A stretch of 64,000 bases of DNA from Bacteriovoracaceae bacterium (GCA_048270185.1 JBLWTJ010000001.1:64001-128000), one strand, 5' to 3'. Positions 1-10,567 are shown, counted from the first letter of the stretch. Notes: generated by a model not told the origin, from the letters alone. Numbers and translations: made by a program.

Positions 1-450
1 TGAGCGATCATAGCTTGTAAGGGATTTGTATGTTTCTGGTGTAAAGAGCCATTGTATACGACCATCTTGGCCATACTTCTTAATTGAAATTTCCACAGGT
101 ACTTCTTGCTCATCAAGTGCGACTACTTCTTTGCGGTAATACCATATATCTTGATCAAGTTGATTTGGTATTTTTTTTACATCGATATATTCAATACGAT
201 CAAGAACTGAGATAAGTGTTCTCGAGTAATCTTCTAACTTAATTTCTCTAACAGTTTGAGGAATATTATTTCCATAGAAAGCATCAATGGCCTGCTCGAG
301 TCCTTTATCATCTCCAAGCTTATAGGCCTTCATAGACTTTAAAAAATAATTCATGGTTGCTCTTGGAGAGCTTAAGTCTTTAGGCGGGAGTGTTTGTGCA
401 AAGACATTGGCGTTAAAGAACAAAATAAACGTAAGAATAAATTTAATCAT
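1..450 (-). CDS. N-terminal part of a probable MscS-family mechanosensitive channel with periplasmic domain (runs off window start)
   Basis: Manual translation from ATG 450: MIKFILTFILFFNANVFAQTLPPKDLSSPRATMNYFLKSM...QWLFTPETY. Signal peptide plus DxSSPRAT and WLF motifs seen in large MscS N-termini. Absent from the ORF track because truncated. Confidence 0.55.
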   Translation of the reverse strand, partial: MIKFILTFILFFNANVFAQTLPPKDLSSPRATMNYFLKSMKAYKLGDDKGLEQAIDAFYGNNIPQTVREIKLEDYSRTLISVLDRIEYIDVKKIPNQLDQDIWYYRKEVVALDEQEVPVEISIKKYGQDGRIQWLFTPETYKSLTSYDRS

Positions 451-487
451 AAAAATCTCTTTATATTCGAAAAAAAAAGTTGGTTAC

Positions 488-515
488 CTTGACAATTATA
501 AAACACCTACCATCT
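488..515 (+). promoter_or_regulatory. Possible sigma-32-type promoter of clpB
   Basis: CTTGAC-N14-TACCATCT resembles CTTGAA-N13/14-CCCCATnT and lies upstream of a chaperone gene. Confidence 0.4.
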
Positions 516-587
516 TTATAGTAGAAGGGGAAAAATACCTCATAATTTTAGGTGTTTATGCCCAAAAATTTGCGTGGAGGAATTTTT

Positions 588-2957
588 ATGAACAAGTACG
601 ATTCAATTGTGGCCGGCAGCCTTGATATTGCTCAGACTCTTCTAATAGAAAAGAGAAATACTCAGTTATCACAGTGGCACTTAGTCTATGGGTTGGTGAA
701 GAACCCAAGCTCTTACTCGGCCAAGGCACTTAAACCAAAATTAAAAGAAATTAAAGCACAGCTTGATCGCCTACCGCAGTCTTCAAGTGAAGTTTCCCTT
801 GAGAATGTAAAGCCAACTCCTGAACTTGGTAAGTGGTTAACACTAGCTTCTTCAAATGCCATTCAATCTGGCCGCCAAGAAATCACCGAAACAGATCTTT
901 TAAAGTATATTGTCTCGATTGTGCCTGAGCTAAATATTGATCCAACAGTCTTTGCTCAAAGAGTTGATGGGGATGGTGAAGAAGATGAAGTTCCAACATT
1001 TCTTACAAATCTAAATGAACTTGCTGAAGCAGGTAAGCTTGATCCTGTTATTGGACGATCAAAAGAGATTAGAGCAGTTATGGAGATTCTAGGTCGCCGA
1101 GGCAAGAATAATCCTGTGCTTGTAGGGCCTGCAGGAGTCGGAAAGACGGCCATTGTTGAAGGTCTTGCTGAAATGATTGTTAAAGGGAAGGTGGCCGATG
1201 TTCTTGAAGGAAAAACTGTCTACTCCCTTGATATGGGTGCCCTTATGGCCGGAACTAAGTTTCGAGGAGAGTTTGAAGAACGTCTTCAAAAGCTTCTAAA
1301 ATATATTAAGAAGAATGCGGCCACTTCGATTCTCTTTATCGACGAAATTCACCAATTAGTTGGTGCAGGGAAAACAGATGGCGCTATGGATGCGGCCAAT
1401 TTACTAAAGCCAGCACTTGCTCGAGGTGAGCTAAACTGTATCGGTGCCACAACTGATGATGAATTTCAAAAGTATATCTTAGGAGATAGTGCTCTAGAGA
1501 GACGTTTTCGTGCAGTTCCTGTTAATGAGCCTTCAAAAGAAGATGCCATTGAAATTTTAATGGGAATTCGTGAGAAGCTTGAGATTCACCATGGAATCAA
1601 GATTTCAGATGATGCCATATATAATTCAGTGATTCTCTCAGATCAATATATTACAGATAAGAACTTACCTGATAAGGCCATTGACCTAGTGGATGAAGCA
1701 GCAAGTGCCCTTAAGCTTTCGGCCGAGGCAATGCCTGCAAAATTAGTTGAACTAGAAGCAGAAATTCGAGCAAAGAAAATCAATGCCCAGATCGATAAAG
1801 ACAATGAAAAACTTTTAAAAGATATTGAAAATCTTGAAGCATCTTTTAAAGAGCAAAGAAGTACATGGGAAGAAGAAGTGCTTTCTCTCAAAAGAGTTAG
1901 TGAACTTAAGAACCAAAGAGATCGCCTCAAGTTTGAACTTGAAGCGGCCGAACGTAACCAAGATTATGAAAAGGCCAGTGAGATAAAATACTCGACTCTT
2001 CCTGAAGTTGAAAAAGAGTTAGAGAATTGTCATCACGACTGGGTTCTTGCTACAAAAGATATTGCCCTTGTCATCTCAAGGCAAAAGGGGATTCCTGTAG
2101 AGAAGATTTTAAAGTCTAAACAGGCCCAAATTCTTCAGCTTGAGAGATTTTTAAAGTCACGAGTTTTCGGTCAAGATGAATCAGTCAGTGAGATTGCTGA
2201 TACTATTATTGCTTCTCACGCTGGATTAACAGATCCATCTCGTCCTCTTGGATCGTTCTTGCTAAAAGGGCCAAGTGGGGTTGGTAAGACTGAAACGGCC
2301 AAGGCCCTTTGTGAATTCTTATTTGATACTCAAGACAACTTAATTCGCTTTGATCTTTCAGAGTTTAGTGAAAAGCACTCTGTTAGTAAGCTTATCGGAG
2401 CCGCTCCTGGTTATGTCGGTTACGAAGAAGGTGGTGTTTTAACTGAAGCAGTTAGACGCCACCCTTATTCTGTCATTCTCTTTGATGAGATTGAAAAGGC
2501 CCATCATGACTTTGGAGACATTCTATTACAAATTCTTGATGATGGACGTTTAACAGACAATAAAGGCAGAACAATTGATTTTAAAAATACAATTATTCTA
2601 CTAACAACGAATGCAAAGAATGTTGAGACGGCATTTAAGGCCGAAGTCATTGGACGACTTGATGCTGTATGTGACTACAATCCACTTGATCGCTCAATCA
2701 TGAACTCTCTTATTGATAAGCAACTTAAAGAGCTTAACGCTCGCTTACTACAAAGAAAGCTCAAGATTAATATTAGTGATAGTGTGAGAGCACGTCTTAA
2801 CGAACAAGGTTATAGTGAGTCTTATGGTGCAAGACCACTTGCCTCTACTTTTAACCGTTTAATCACAAGGCCATTGTCAAAAGAGATTATGGCACACGAC
2901 CTTGCTGAGAAAGACTTGAGCGTCGATTACAAAGACTCTCAGATCACCATTGAATAA
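588..2957 (+). CDS. clpB: ClpB-type AAA+ disaggregase
   Basis: Walker A motifs GPAGVGKT and [27 protein letters not shown]; coiled-coil M domain; GYVGYEEGG; no IGF loop. GGAGG RBS supports ATG 588. Confidence 0.9.
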   Translation: MNKYDSIVAGSLDIAQTLLIEKRNTQLSQWHLVYGLVKNPSSYSAKALKPKLKEIKAQLDRLPQSSSEVSLENVKPTPELGKWLTLASSNAIQSGRQEITETDLLKYIVSIVPELNIDPTVFAQRVDGDGEEDEVPTFLTNLNELAEAGKLDPVIGRSKEIRAVMEILGRRGKNNPVLVGPAGVGKTAIVEGLAEMIVKGKVADVLEGKTVYSLDMGALMAGTKFRGEFEERLQKLLKYIKKNAATSILFIDEIHQLVGAGKTDGAMDAANLLKPALARGELNCIGATTDDEFQKYILGDSALERRFRAVPVNEPSKEDAIEILMGIREKLEIHHGIKISDDAIYNSVILSDQYITDKNLPDKAIDLVDEAASALKLSAEAMPAKLVELEAEIRAKKINAQIDKDNEKLLKDIENLEASFKEQRSTWEEEVLSLKRVSELKNQRDRLKFELEAAERNQDYEKASEIKYSTLPEVEKELENCHHDWVLATKDIALVISRQKGIPVEKILKSKQAQILQLERFLKSRVFGQDESVSEIADTIIASHAGLTDPSRPLGSFLLKGPSGVGKTETAKALCEFLFDTQDNLIRFDLSEFSEKHSVSKLIGAAPGYVGYEEGGVLTEAVRRHPYSVILFDEIEKAHHDFGDILLQILDDGRLTDNKGRTIDFKNTIILLTTNAKNVETAFKAEVIGRLDAVCDYNPLDRSIMNSLIDKQLKELNARLLQRKLKINISDSVRARLNEQGYSESYGARPLASTFNRLITRPLSKEIMAHDLAEKDLSVDYKDSQITIE

Positions 2958-2970
2958 CCCCCTCCTAGTT

Positions 2971-2998
2971 TAGGCCTGGCGAATGCCGGGCCTATTTT
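2971..2998. terminator. Hairpin terminator between convergent genes
   Basis: TAGGCCTGGC-GAAT-GCCGGGCCTA-TTTT. Confidence 0.75.
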
Positions 2999-4023
2999 CT
3001 CTTATAGGGTAGGTAGTCTTCTAATTGCCTTATGTATTCAAATGTTTTGATATTTTGAATCCTAACGTGATCTTCAATTGCTTGATGTAGTCTTGCTTCT
3101 TTTAAATGATGGTATGATTCAATTGCAATTGGTTTAAAGCCGCGGTAGAGCTTTTGTTCTCCTTGGGCCCCTGCTTCAAAGACTTCTAAATTATTGTTAA
3201 TGGTGTATTCCATACCCATATAATAGCAAAGTTCAAAGTGTAAGAATTCAAATTTTTGTTGGTAGAGTGGATGAATTCCCCAGTAACGCCCATAAAGTTT
3301 TGTATCGGAAGCAAAGAACATGGCCATGGCAATGATTTGACCTTCTTCACTTCTTGCTAAGTGAAAGAAGCAATTTTCAAGAGTATTTAAACCTAAGAAG
3401 AAGTCACTTGTTAGGTAGGCGTAAGCATTCTTCTTATCAATCGTTGTTAAATAGAGTCCATAGATTTCACTTAACTCGCTTATTGTTAGGTTTTGACTTG
3501 AAGTAACTTCGATATGAAGAGGGTAGTCAGAAACTTTTCTGCGCTCTTTTGAAATCGTCTTTCTTTTGTTCTTTCTAAGCTTCGATAAATAATTATCAAA
3601 TGATTCATATTCATTGATGAAGTGGTATTGAGTCGTTATTTGTTTAAAAAAGCCAAGCTTAGCTAGTGAGTCATATTCTTTGTCTGTGAAGAGATAGTGA
3701 GCACTGGAGAGGTTGTCTTGTTGGTACAATTGAAAAGCGTCAATCGTTAACCTCTCATCAAAGTTCGTTGTAAACTTAGAGTTATTGACAGGAGTAAATG
3801 GAATAGCATGGATTAATTTGGGGTAGTATTCAATCCCCATCCGATGGTAGAGATCGGCCCATGCCCAGTCAAAAATATACTCACCATAACTGTGATCTTT
3901 CTTGTAGCTGATTAGTTGATTATCTTTTGAAGTGAAGTGGCATGGATGCCAGCCTCTGTTAGGGCTAGCACTCCCACTATCTTCAATGAGTTTAAGAAAG
4001 TGGGAGTTAGCAAAAGTGTGCAC
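2992..4023 (-). CDS. DUF482 / FemAB-like GNAT-fold protein
   Basis: HSYGEYIFDWAWA, YYPKL..AIPFTPV, LYGRYWG, LHFELCYY, FEAGAQGEQKLYRGF motifs. Confidence 0.85.
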   Translation of the reverse strand: MHTFANSHFLKLIEDSGSASPNRGWHPCHFTSKDNQLISYKKDHSYGEYIFDWAWADLYHRMGIEYYPKLIHAIPFTPVNNSKFTTNFDERLTIDAFQLYQQDNLSSAHYLFTDKEYDSLAKLGFFKQITTQYHFINEYESFDNYLSKLRKNKRKTISKERRKVSDYPLHIEVTSSQNLTISELSEIYGLYLTTIDKKNAYAYLTSDFFLGLNTLENCFFHLARSEEGQIIAMAMFFASDTKLYGRYWGIHPLYQQKFEFLHFELCYYMGMEYTINNNLEVFEAGAQGEQKLYRGFKPIAIESYHHLKEARLHQAIEDHVRIQNIKTFEYIRQLEDYLPYKRK

Positions 4024-4026
4024 TAT

Positions 4027-4671
4027 TTATTTTTCTAATTCTTGGCGAATTTGTAGCTCTAGTTGTTGGTAGCTAAATTGCTCTAGAGGCTTACCATTGA
4101 TAAAGAAAGAAGGTGTCCCTCTAATCGAGAGAGTCTTCCCATCTTTTGTGTCTTGTTCAATGATTTCCTTAATGGCCGGATCATGCATATCTTGTTTAAT
4201 CTTATCAAGATCAAGATCAAGTGCCGTAAGGAAGTTCCAGATTAAATCAGGCCTTGGGTTGTGATGATTTCCCCACGCTGGTTGGCTTTTAAAAAGAACT
4301 TCTAGAGTTTCAAAGTAGAGACCTTGTTTTCTAGCGGCTTCTAGGATTGAAATAGCATATTTCGAGTTCTTATGAAATGCAGCGTAGCGGATAACAAGTT
4401 GAACTTGATCTGCGTACTTTCTCATTAACTCTTTTACGTAAGGAGAAAATGCACGGCATGATTCACATTCTGGATCTAAAAATTCAACTAAGTAAACTTT
4501 TGGATTCTCTGCTCCCATTTTCGGGGCATGGTCTGGTACAAAGAGTTTATGGTTTTCGTTGGCGAGAAATCCAAGCTTTTGCGCTTGTTGCTTTTTAAAA
4601 AGTGTTGCTCCAATTGCAAACAGTGCAATAATTGCAATAACAGATGCAATGATTTTATGATTCTTTTTCAT
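4027..4671 (-). CDS. DsbA/BdbD-like thiol-disulfide oxidoreductase
   Basis: N-terminal anchor, EFLDPECESC (CxxC), GTPSFFING. Confidence 0.88.
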   Translation of the reverse strand: MKKNHKIIASVIAIIALFAIGATLFKKQQAQKLGFLANENHKLFVPDHAPKMGAENPKVYLVEFLDPECESCRAFSPYVKELMRKYADQVQLVIRYAAFHKNSKYAISILEAARKQGLYFETLEVLFKSQPAWGNHHNPRPDLIWNFLTALDLDLDKIKQDMHDPAIKEIIEQDTKDGKTLSIRGTPSFFINGKPLEQFSYQQLELQIRQELEK

Positions 4672-5083
4672 TCTTAATCCTTTTATTTAAAATCAAAATT
4701 AAGCCAATTATTGTAAAGGCAATAAATGACATCATTGGTATTGAGAGAAATCCTAACCAGTTAACCCATTTTTCACTACAAGGAACTCCACTGACACAGG
4801 GACTTGCACTTTCGGGAATAATTCCCCATTGAAGTAGGTTCTGGTATAGAGCAATTGGCCAGCCGATGGCCACAAATGGGAGGCCGTAGAGAAAGCTCTT
4901 GTCATCTTCGTAATAGAATCCAATGAGAAAAATTATTGCAAGTGGGTACATGGCAATTCGCTGATACCAACATAGTGTACATGGTACAAATTCCATGACG
5001 ATACTAAAGAAGAGGCTTCCTGCTGTTGCAATGCTGGCAATAATCCAGGCCGTAAATAATAGGTGTGATTGATTTTTTTTCAT
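4655..5083 (-). CDS. DsbB/BdbC-like disulfide bond formation protein
   Basis: PCTLCWYQRIAMYPL, second Cys pair PCVSGVPC, four TM segments; overlaps the DsbA-like gene. Confidence 0.9.
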   Translation of the reverse strand: MKKNQSHLLFTAWIIASIATAGSLFFSIVMEFVPCTLCWYQRIAMYPLAIIFLIGFYYEDDKSFLYGLPFVAIGWPIALYQNLLQWGIIPESASPCVSGVPCSEKWVNWLGFLSIPMMSFIAFTIIGLILILNKRIKNEKES

Positions 5084-5102
5084 ACCATTATATGGTATCG
5101 AA

Positions 5103-5144
5103 TCTTTAAACAGATGACTAATAAAACCGTCATCTGTTTAAAGA
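5103..5144. repeat. Perfect 16-bp inverted repeat
   Basis: TCTTTAAACAGATGAC (5103-5118), 10-nt loop, GTCATCTGTTTAAAGA (5129-5144). Confidence 0.9.
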
Positions 5145-5156
5145 ATTTAAGATAAT

Positions 5157-6143
5157 TTATAGTGAGTATTCTGGGTTAAACTCTTGCTGATTCTCGTCTA
5201 GAACAATTGTTGGCTCAGCAGTAAACTCTTCAGACTTCTCCTCTGTGGCCGTATTGTGTTGACCTGGAGTCATGCGGAAGAAGTGCTCAAGATTTTCTTG
5301 AAGCTTTCTCATCTCTTTCATGATTGAATCACTTTCTTTTCCATCATAAGCAAGTTCTTCAAGTAGAATTCTTGTTAAATTCTTATTCATTCTTTTTGAT
5401 AGATTTCTCAAGTGAGCATATTCTGCAGGAAGTGGTTGCATTGTTTCAACTTCCATATTTGCTTCTTCAATCCCACCACGCTTTGCTGCTGCAATAATAA
5501 GCTTTGCTTCTTTAACTGTTTTATCAGCAATCATTGGTAGAACTTTATCTTGGATATCTTTATCTAGTTTGATGATCTCATTAGTTTGGCTAGCATTTAA
5601 ACTTCCTAGACGACGTGCTTTTTTAACGTGCTCAGAAGCGAGTGCATCTCTTTTAATTGCACCTTTAATGACACTTTTTGAAAGACCTGTTTTTGCTGCA
5701 GTGATGGCCGCAAATGAATCTTGGTCCTGTTCTTCTTGTGCTTTTTCTAATTTCTTCTCTTCTGTCGTTGTTGCAATTTTATCGACTTCGATCTTAGTTG
5801 CAGTAGGGTGAAGCTCTTCAAAAATTTCACGTCCACGATTAAGACACTTTTCAAATTCAAGCTTATCAAGTGGCTTTCTAACAAGGTTTTCATCAATCGA
5901 AATGAGTTCTTGCTCTAGTGTTTGGCGATCAACAATATGAACAGGAATTTCTGTAATTCCTAATTCCTTTAGTGCCGTATATCTTCTTGCTCCAGCTAGA
6001 AGTTCATTCTCTTTGTTAATTGTAAGTGGATTAATTAGGCCAACATTTTCGATACTTGTTTTAAGTGTATCAACGTCAGTTTCAGTTCTTAAGTATTGGC
6101 TATTAAGCTTAATATCATTGATATTTATAGTCGTGGTTTGCAT
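5157..6143 (-). CDS. ParB/Srx N-terminal domain protein (orphan ParB-like)
   Basis: LKTSIENVGLINPLTI, AGARRYTA (GxRR), DENLVRKPL (ENxxR), downstream HTH-like segment. Confidence 0.8.
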   Translation of the reverse strand: MQTTTININDIKLNSQYLRTETDVDTLKTSIENVGLINPLTINKENELLAGARRYTALKELGITEIPVHIVDRQTLEQELISIDENLVRKPLDKLEFEKCLNRGREIFEELHPTATKIEVDKIATTTEEKKLEKAQEEQDQDSFAAITAAKTGLSKSVIKGAIKRDALASEHVKKARRLGSLNASQTNEIIKLDKDIQDKVLPMIADKTVKEAKLIIAAAKRGGIEEANMEVETMQPLPAEYAHLRNLSKRMNKNLTRILLEELAYDGKESDSIMKEMRKLQENLEHFFRMTPGQHNTATEEKSEEFTAEPTIVLDENQQEFNPEYSL

Positions 6144-6221
6144 GAATATCCCTCAATTCGTGTGTGTTGTGGCGAGATTGTAATGGGCAAATCTTCATTT
6201 GACTAGAATTGTAAGGTAATT

Positions 6222-6983
6222 TTAGTAGCCGCGCCCTGTGTTAATTCTCTCGATGATGCGAAGAGATAAGCTGTAAGGAACTGTTGTTAATAGGGTTTTG
6301 AAGATTCTATTGAAGAATCCGGGAATAATGTATAGCTGCTTTTTGTTGAGGGCATCAATCGTCTCAATGACAACTTGCTCACTGGTAATTCCTGAAAATG
6401 ATGTTGATTCTTCCTTGCCTTGGTTGATACGAAATTGAGTATACACAAGCCCTGGACATACGCTTATGACCTGCTTATTTGTACCAATTAGATCTCGACT
6501 AAGGGCCAAGCTGAATGAATGAAGCATACTCTTTGAAGCTGCATAAATTGATTGGCGAGGTACAGGAAAGAAGGCATAGAGAGAGGCAATATTGATAATT
6601 TTAAGCTTCTCTTTTTGCGCCAAAAAGTGATGAGTTAATCTCATGGGTACTTCCACATGGACTCTTTGCATTGCAACTTGTTTATTGATATCTGTTTTTT
6701 GATATTTTCCTGCAACACCAAAGCCTGCATTATTAACTAGGTAAGCAATAGGTGTTTTAATATTCTCAATGACGTAGTCGCAAGCATCAATTTCACTCAG
6801 GTCCTTGATTATAACATGGGCCTTGATGGCAAACTCTTCTTGGTAAAGATTAGCATTTCTCGTTAGTGCTTTTTCATTTCGGCCATGTAGATAAAGATCG
6901 TAACCTTTGGCCGCAAAATAGTCAGCAAAGGCCTTTCCCATTCCTGTTGTTGCACCTGTAATTAAAACACTACCTTTATTCAT
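6222..6983 (-). CDS. Short-chain dehydrogenase/reductase
   Basis: TGATTGMG, NNAGFG, YAASK. Confidence 0.92.
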   Translation of the reverse strand: MNKGSVLITGATTGMGKAFADYFAAKGYDLYLHGRNEKALTRNANLYQEEFAIKAHVIIKDLSEIDACDYVIENIKTPIAYLVNNAGFGVAGKYQKTDINKQVAMQRVHVEVPMRLTHHFLAQKEKLKIINIASLYAFFPVPRQSIYAASKSMLHSFSLALSRDLIGTNKQVISVCPGLVYTQFRINQGKEESTSFSGITSEQVVIETIDALNKKQLYIIPGFFNRIFKTLLTTVPYSLSLRIIERINTGRGY

Positions 6984-8235
6984 TATACCAAATACCTATA
7001 TTGCGAGGAGATTCCTCTTCTTCAAAGAAGCTCATAAGCTTTGCTTCTTTACCGCGTTCATTTAACATCATAACACGATCAAGGAGAATGTAGAGTTCTA
7101 ATAATCTTCCAAATTGCCAACGAATAATATCGCATAGAAAGAGCAATTCTAAAATTTCTTTTTGTGAATCAAAGTACTCATTAAATTCTTCATGGCCTTT
7201 ATTAATTGGAATTTTATTTTCAACACATTTTGTATGAGCATAAGTCGCAAAATCACTAGAGTATAAATTCTTATGTGCATCACCAATAGGGGAAACTTCA
7301 GTTTCTGTGCCATAGATTGAATCAATATAAAATTGTAGGCAGTAGCGATAGAATTTAACTTTCTTCTTCATTTGATACTCATCAAATGTCATGCTCTGGT
7401 GACCTCTTGTTGCAAGGGTGCAACTATTTCGGCCAAATTCAATTGGATTATTATCTTTTGCAAATTGAGAAAGATTAATATCAGTTTTTGGATTAAGTTT
7501 ATTATAACAACAACCAAAATTAAGAAGTCCTGAAACATTGCGATTAGAAGCAACCTGCATATGCTTAACAGCAAGTGGCCCGCATGTGTGGAGCCCCAGT
7601 GAGAATGAATTTTCACAAAATATTTCACTATTAAGATTACTTTCTAGCTCAATGCTAAAGTCGTGATTAATAAAGCGTACACTGCGATGACCCTCTGGCT
7701 TTGGGTATTTATTAAGCCTCTTGAGCCCAATGTCTTGAAACTCTTGATTGATATCGAGACTAATCATATCAAGGTCAAAATAGTGGGCAAGGATACGACT
7801 AAGGTGGCCAACACCTCCGCCAATATCAACGATATGCTTAAAGCGCATCTCGTTCTTATCTTGTAATTTATTTAAGAAATTCGCAATGGTTAAGATTTCG
7901 TATTGCTTCTTACCTTTTACTTTGTTGAAGGCCCAGCTTGGCAGACTCTCAACTCCTTTGATCCAGTTCTTGTCGATGGCCTCAATATACTCATGAGATT
8001 TTAGCTCATCAAATAAGCTCTTGAGTTTTGATTCTGGCATCGAAGTATAATTTCTCTTACAGTCGATTTGATAAAGGGCCTCATTCGAGAGTCCTGATAA
8101 GGTATTTAGAAACTCTTGTGGGTAGTAGTCTTTTATTCGCCCAGCGCGCCAAACGTCGATAACTTCTCTTTGCCATATATCACTATATGGGCGTAGAATA
8201 TCGTTAATATTTAGAAATTGCTGCTGGTAACTCAT
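6976..8235 (-). CDS. SAM-dependent methyltransferase (Methyltransf_32-like)
   Basis: VDIGGGVGHLSR, GLHTCGPL, GCCYNKL, C-terminal SPRN. Start moved to ATG 8235 to avoid overlap with murD. Confidence 0.78.
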   Translation of the reverse strand: MSYQQQFLNINDILRPYSDIWQREVIDVWRAGRIKDYYPQEFLNTLSGLSNEALYQIDCKRNYTSMPESKLKSLFDELKSHEYIEAIDKNWIKGVESLPSWAFNKVKGKKQYEILTIANFLNKLQDKNEMRFKHIVDIGGGVGHLSRILAHYFDLDMISLDINQEFQDIGLKRLNKYPKPEGHRSVRFINHDFSIELESNLNSEIFCENSFSLGLHTCGPLAVKHMQVASNRNVSGLLNFGCCYNKLNPKTDINLSQFAKDNNPIEFGRNSCTLATRGHQSMTFDEYQMKKKVKFYRYCLQFYIDSIYGTETEVSPIGDAHKNLYSSDFATYAHTKCVENKIPINKGHEEFNEYFDSQKEILELLFLCDIIRWQFGRLLELYILLDRVMMLNERGKEAKLMSFFEEEESPRNIGIWYNE

Positions 8236-8281
8236 AGTGGCAAATGTAGCATTAATATTAGTAATTTGGAACTGGTGAAAA

Positions 8282-9589
8282 ATGATTATTAACGAAACTC
8301 TTAATCCATATAGTAAGATTGCAATTGTCGGTCTTGGCCTTTCTGGTCTTTCGGCCTTAAAGCTTCTCACTTTTCTTGGAAAGGATGTTTATTTAGTAAA
8401 TCAAGGATCTGTTGAATCTTGGCCGCAGTTCGAACAAACACCAAATATTAAAGGATGCTATCCGCAAGAACAGAGTGCTGAGATTTTAGCACAGATGGAC
8501 CTTATTATTCTCTCTCCTGGTATATCAAAGGAAATTTCGATATTTGAAAAGGTGAAATGTCCGATTTGGTGTGAAATTGAATTGGCCTATCAATTTGCTG
8601 ATGCACCCATTCTAGGAGTGACAGGAACAAATGGAAAGACCACTGTTGTTTCCTTCTTGGCCGAATGTGCAAAGCATGACTCGACTGGAGATTACTTTAT
8701 CGGTGGGAATATTGGAACTCCATTTTGTGATTATATTTATGAGCGAATGAGTGGAGAAAGAGAGCAGGTTCAAGGAATTATTCTTGAATTATCAAGCTTT
8801 CAGCTAAATCTCATTGAATCTTTCCAATGTGATGTGGCGGCGATCCTTAATCTAACTTTCAGTCACGGTGAACGCTATGATGATTTACAAGGTTATGCTC
8901 AAGATAAGTTTGAAATTTTCAAGAATATGGCCAATCAGGGGATTGCCTTCTTGCCTCGTAATTTAGAAATAAAAAATACTTATCCAATTAGAAATGAACA
9001 TCTACTCGATCTTGAAATTAGCAAAATCAAAGAAGAGCTTTCTGAAGTGATAAATCTTTCACAATTAAAGATTTACGGTGAGCACAATATTATCAATACG
9101 TACTTTGTTTATCTCTTATGGGATGCCTTTACAGGTAATCTTAGTGCTTTTAAGGCCGCTTGCCAGTCTTTTAATGGCGTTGAATATCGTCTACAACTAG
9201 TCAAACATGAAGGGGCCCAATACTTCTTCAATGATGCAAAGTCGACTAATTGGGATGCCACTATTGTGGCCTTAAATGGTGTGAAAGAATTAGGCAAAGT
9301 TGATCTAATTATTGGCGGCCAACTAAGAGGCCACGGTGATAATCAACTCGATAGACTACTTGCGTTTAAAGATCAAATTAATAAGATCTACTTCTTTGGA
9401 GAGTCGGGGAAAGTTTTAAATGAAATTGGTTGTGAAATTGATAATGTATATTGTGAGAATTTAGAAGAGGTTTTTAAAAGAGGCTTTAACGGGCAAGTAA
9501 TTGTGTTTTCTCCAGCTTTTCCTTCTTTTGATCAGTATGCAAACTATGTCAAAAGAGGTGCTCACTTTACACAATTAGCACTTACTTAA
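8282..9589 (+). CDS. murD: UDP-N-acetylmuramoyl-L-alanine--D-glutamate ligase
   Basis: GLGLSG, LSPGI, GVTGTNGKTT, ELSSFQL, NDAKSTN, SPAFPSFDQY. Confidence 0.93.
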   Translation: MIINETLNPYSKIAIVGLGLSGLSALKLLTFLGKDVYLVNQGSVESWPQFEQTPNIKGCYPQEQSAEILAQMDLIILSPGISKEISIFEKVKCPIWCEIELAYQFADAPILGVTGTNGKTTVVSFLAECAKHDSTGDYFIGGNIGTPFCDYIYERMSGEREQVQGIILELSSFQLNLIESFQCDVAAILNLTFSHGERYDDLQGYAQDKFEIFKNMANQGIAFLPRNLEIKNTYPIRNEHLLDLEISKIKEELSEVINLSQLKIYGEHNIINTYFVYLLWDAFTGNLSAFKAACQSFNGVEYRLQLVKHEGAQYFFNDAKSTNWDATIVALNGVKELGKVDLIIGGQLRGHGDNQLDRLLAFKDQINKIYFFGESGKVLNEIGCEIDNVYCENLEEVFKRGFNGQVIVFSPAFPSFDQYANYVKRGAHFTQLALT

Positions 9590-9704
9590 GAATTGAAACT
9601 TTTACTTTTTCGGCCTTAGTATCTCTCATATTGTCAGCAATTGTGATCTTGAATAAGAAAATAATAAGGATTCCAATAATAAATTTACCTGACTTTGATT
9701 CCAT
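9582..9704 (-). CDS. Putative 40-aa single-TM/secreted small protein
   Basis: Manual translation MESKSGKFIIGILIIFLFKITIADNMRDTKAEKVKVSILK*; hydrophobic core; directly behind a sigma-28-like promoter. Confidence 0.5.
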   Translation of the reverse strand: MESKSGKFIIGILIIFLFKITIADNMRDTKAEKVKVSILK

Positions 9705-9711
9705 GACGTAA

Positions 9712-9738
9712 TTATCGGTACTTAGTCAAAATACTTTA
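9712..9738 (-). promoter_or_regulatory. Sigma-28 (FliA)-like promoter
   Basis: TAAA-N15-ACCGATAA on minus strand. Confidence 0.6.
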
Positions 9739-9757
9739 GTAAAATATTTGATTTAGT

Positions 9758-10567
9758 TTAGATTATTTTACTATTTCGTTTGCCTAAGATCCCATTTGTT
9801 AAAATATTGCCTACTATTAGGCTCAATAATAACACGCCAAGACCGGCCTTCAAACCAGCGGAAGTCTTTGCAGTAGGGTGTTCGCGAATTTCGTCATCAA
9901 TTTTCTCAACCGTTCCACAAATTGGTGCCTGTTCTTTCGGGTAAAGGTAAGTTGCACCCTGCCAGTCATCGACACCGATTGTTTCTCGGCCAGATAAGTT
10001 CCTAAAGTACATCAATGATGCTGTATCTGAAGAATGTCCCAGACCGAAAGCATGGCCAATTTCATGGGCCAGTAGTGCAATTTTCTGCGCTCTTGTTTGG
10101 TCATTGTACTTGGTCGTTGCCTTAGCATTTATGCCAATAACAGCGCCAACAATTTCTGCTCCATTGAGGTTATTTGGCAGAGTGACGGCCAAGATTCCAG
10201 AACTTGAAAAAGGATTATTATTACTATTACATACAATGAGAACTTGCTTATTTGTATTAGGAACAGGATTAAGACATGTTGGCTCATCCTCGTCACAAAT
10301 CATATTATTATTATAATCAGAACTTACTGTAACAATATCACCGGCCCTCAAGTGAAGGCTGCTGGTTGAGATTTTATTCCAATACTCCGAGACAGCAATA
10401 TCAACCATATCAAGTATCTCATCAGGAGTGTCATTTAGATTTGCACATCCATCAGCGGCCACATCAACTCTGATCTCTGGATTGGCAAAACGAATTGGAA
10501 CATTGGCCAAGATTGTAAATGAAGCATAACTATATGTTGATATAAGTAAGGCAATTAACAATTTCAT
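9758..10567 (-). CDS. Secreted matrixin-like (M10) zinc metalloprotease with C-terminal TM anchor
   Basis: Signal peptide, HEIGHAFGLGH, Met-turn SLMY, C-terminal hydrophobic helix plus basic tail. Confidence 0.85.
   Translation of the reverse strand: MKLLIALLISTYSYASFTILANVPIRFANPEIRVDVAADGCANLNDTPDEILDMVDIAVSEYWNKISTSSLHLRAGDIVTVSSDYNNNMICDEDEPTCLNPVPNTNKQVLIVCNSNNNPFSSSGILAVTLPNNLNGAEIVGAVIGINAKATTKYNDQTRAQKIALLAHEIGHAFGLGHSSDTASLMYFRNLSGRETIGVDDWQGATYLYPKEQAPICGTVEKIDDEIREHPTAKTSAGLKAGLGVLLLSLIVGNILTNGILGKRNSKII

Noticed and set aside
353..625. 90-aa plus-strand ORF
   Set aside because: It overlaps the minus-strand MscS-like gene and the clpB promoter and has no recognisable motifs.
8236..8370. 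N-terminal extension of the methyltransferase ORF
   Set aside because: It overlaps murD head-to-head; ATG 8235 is the more plausible start.
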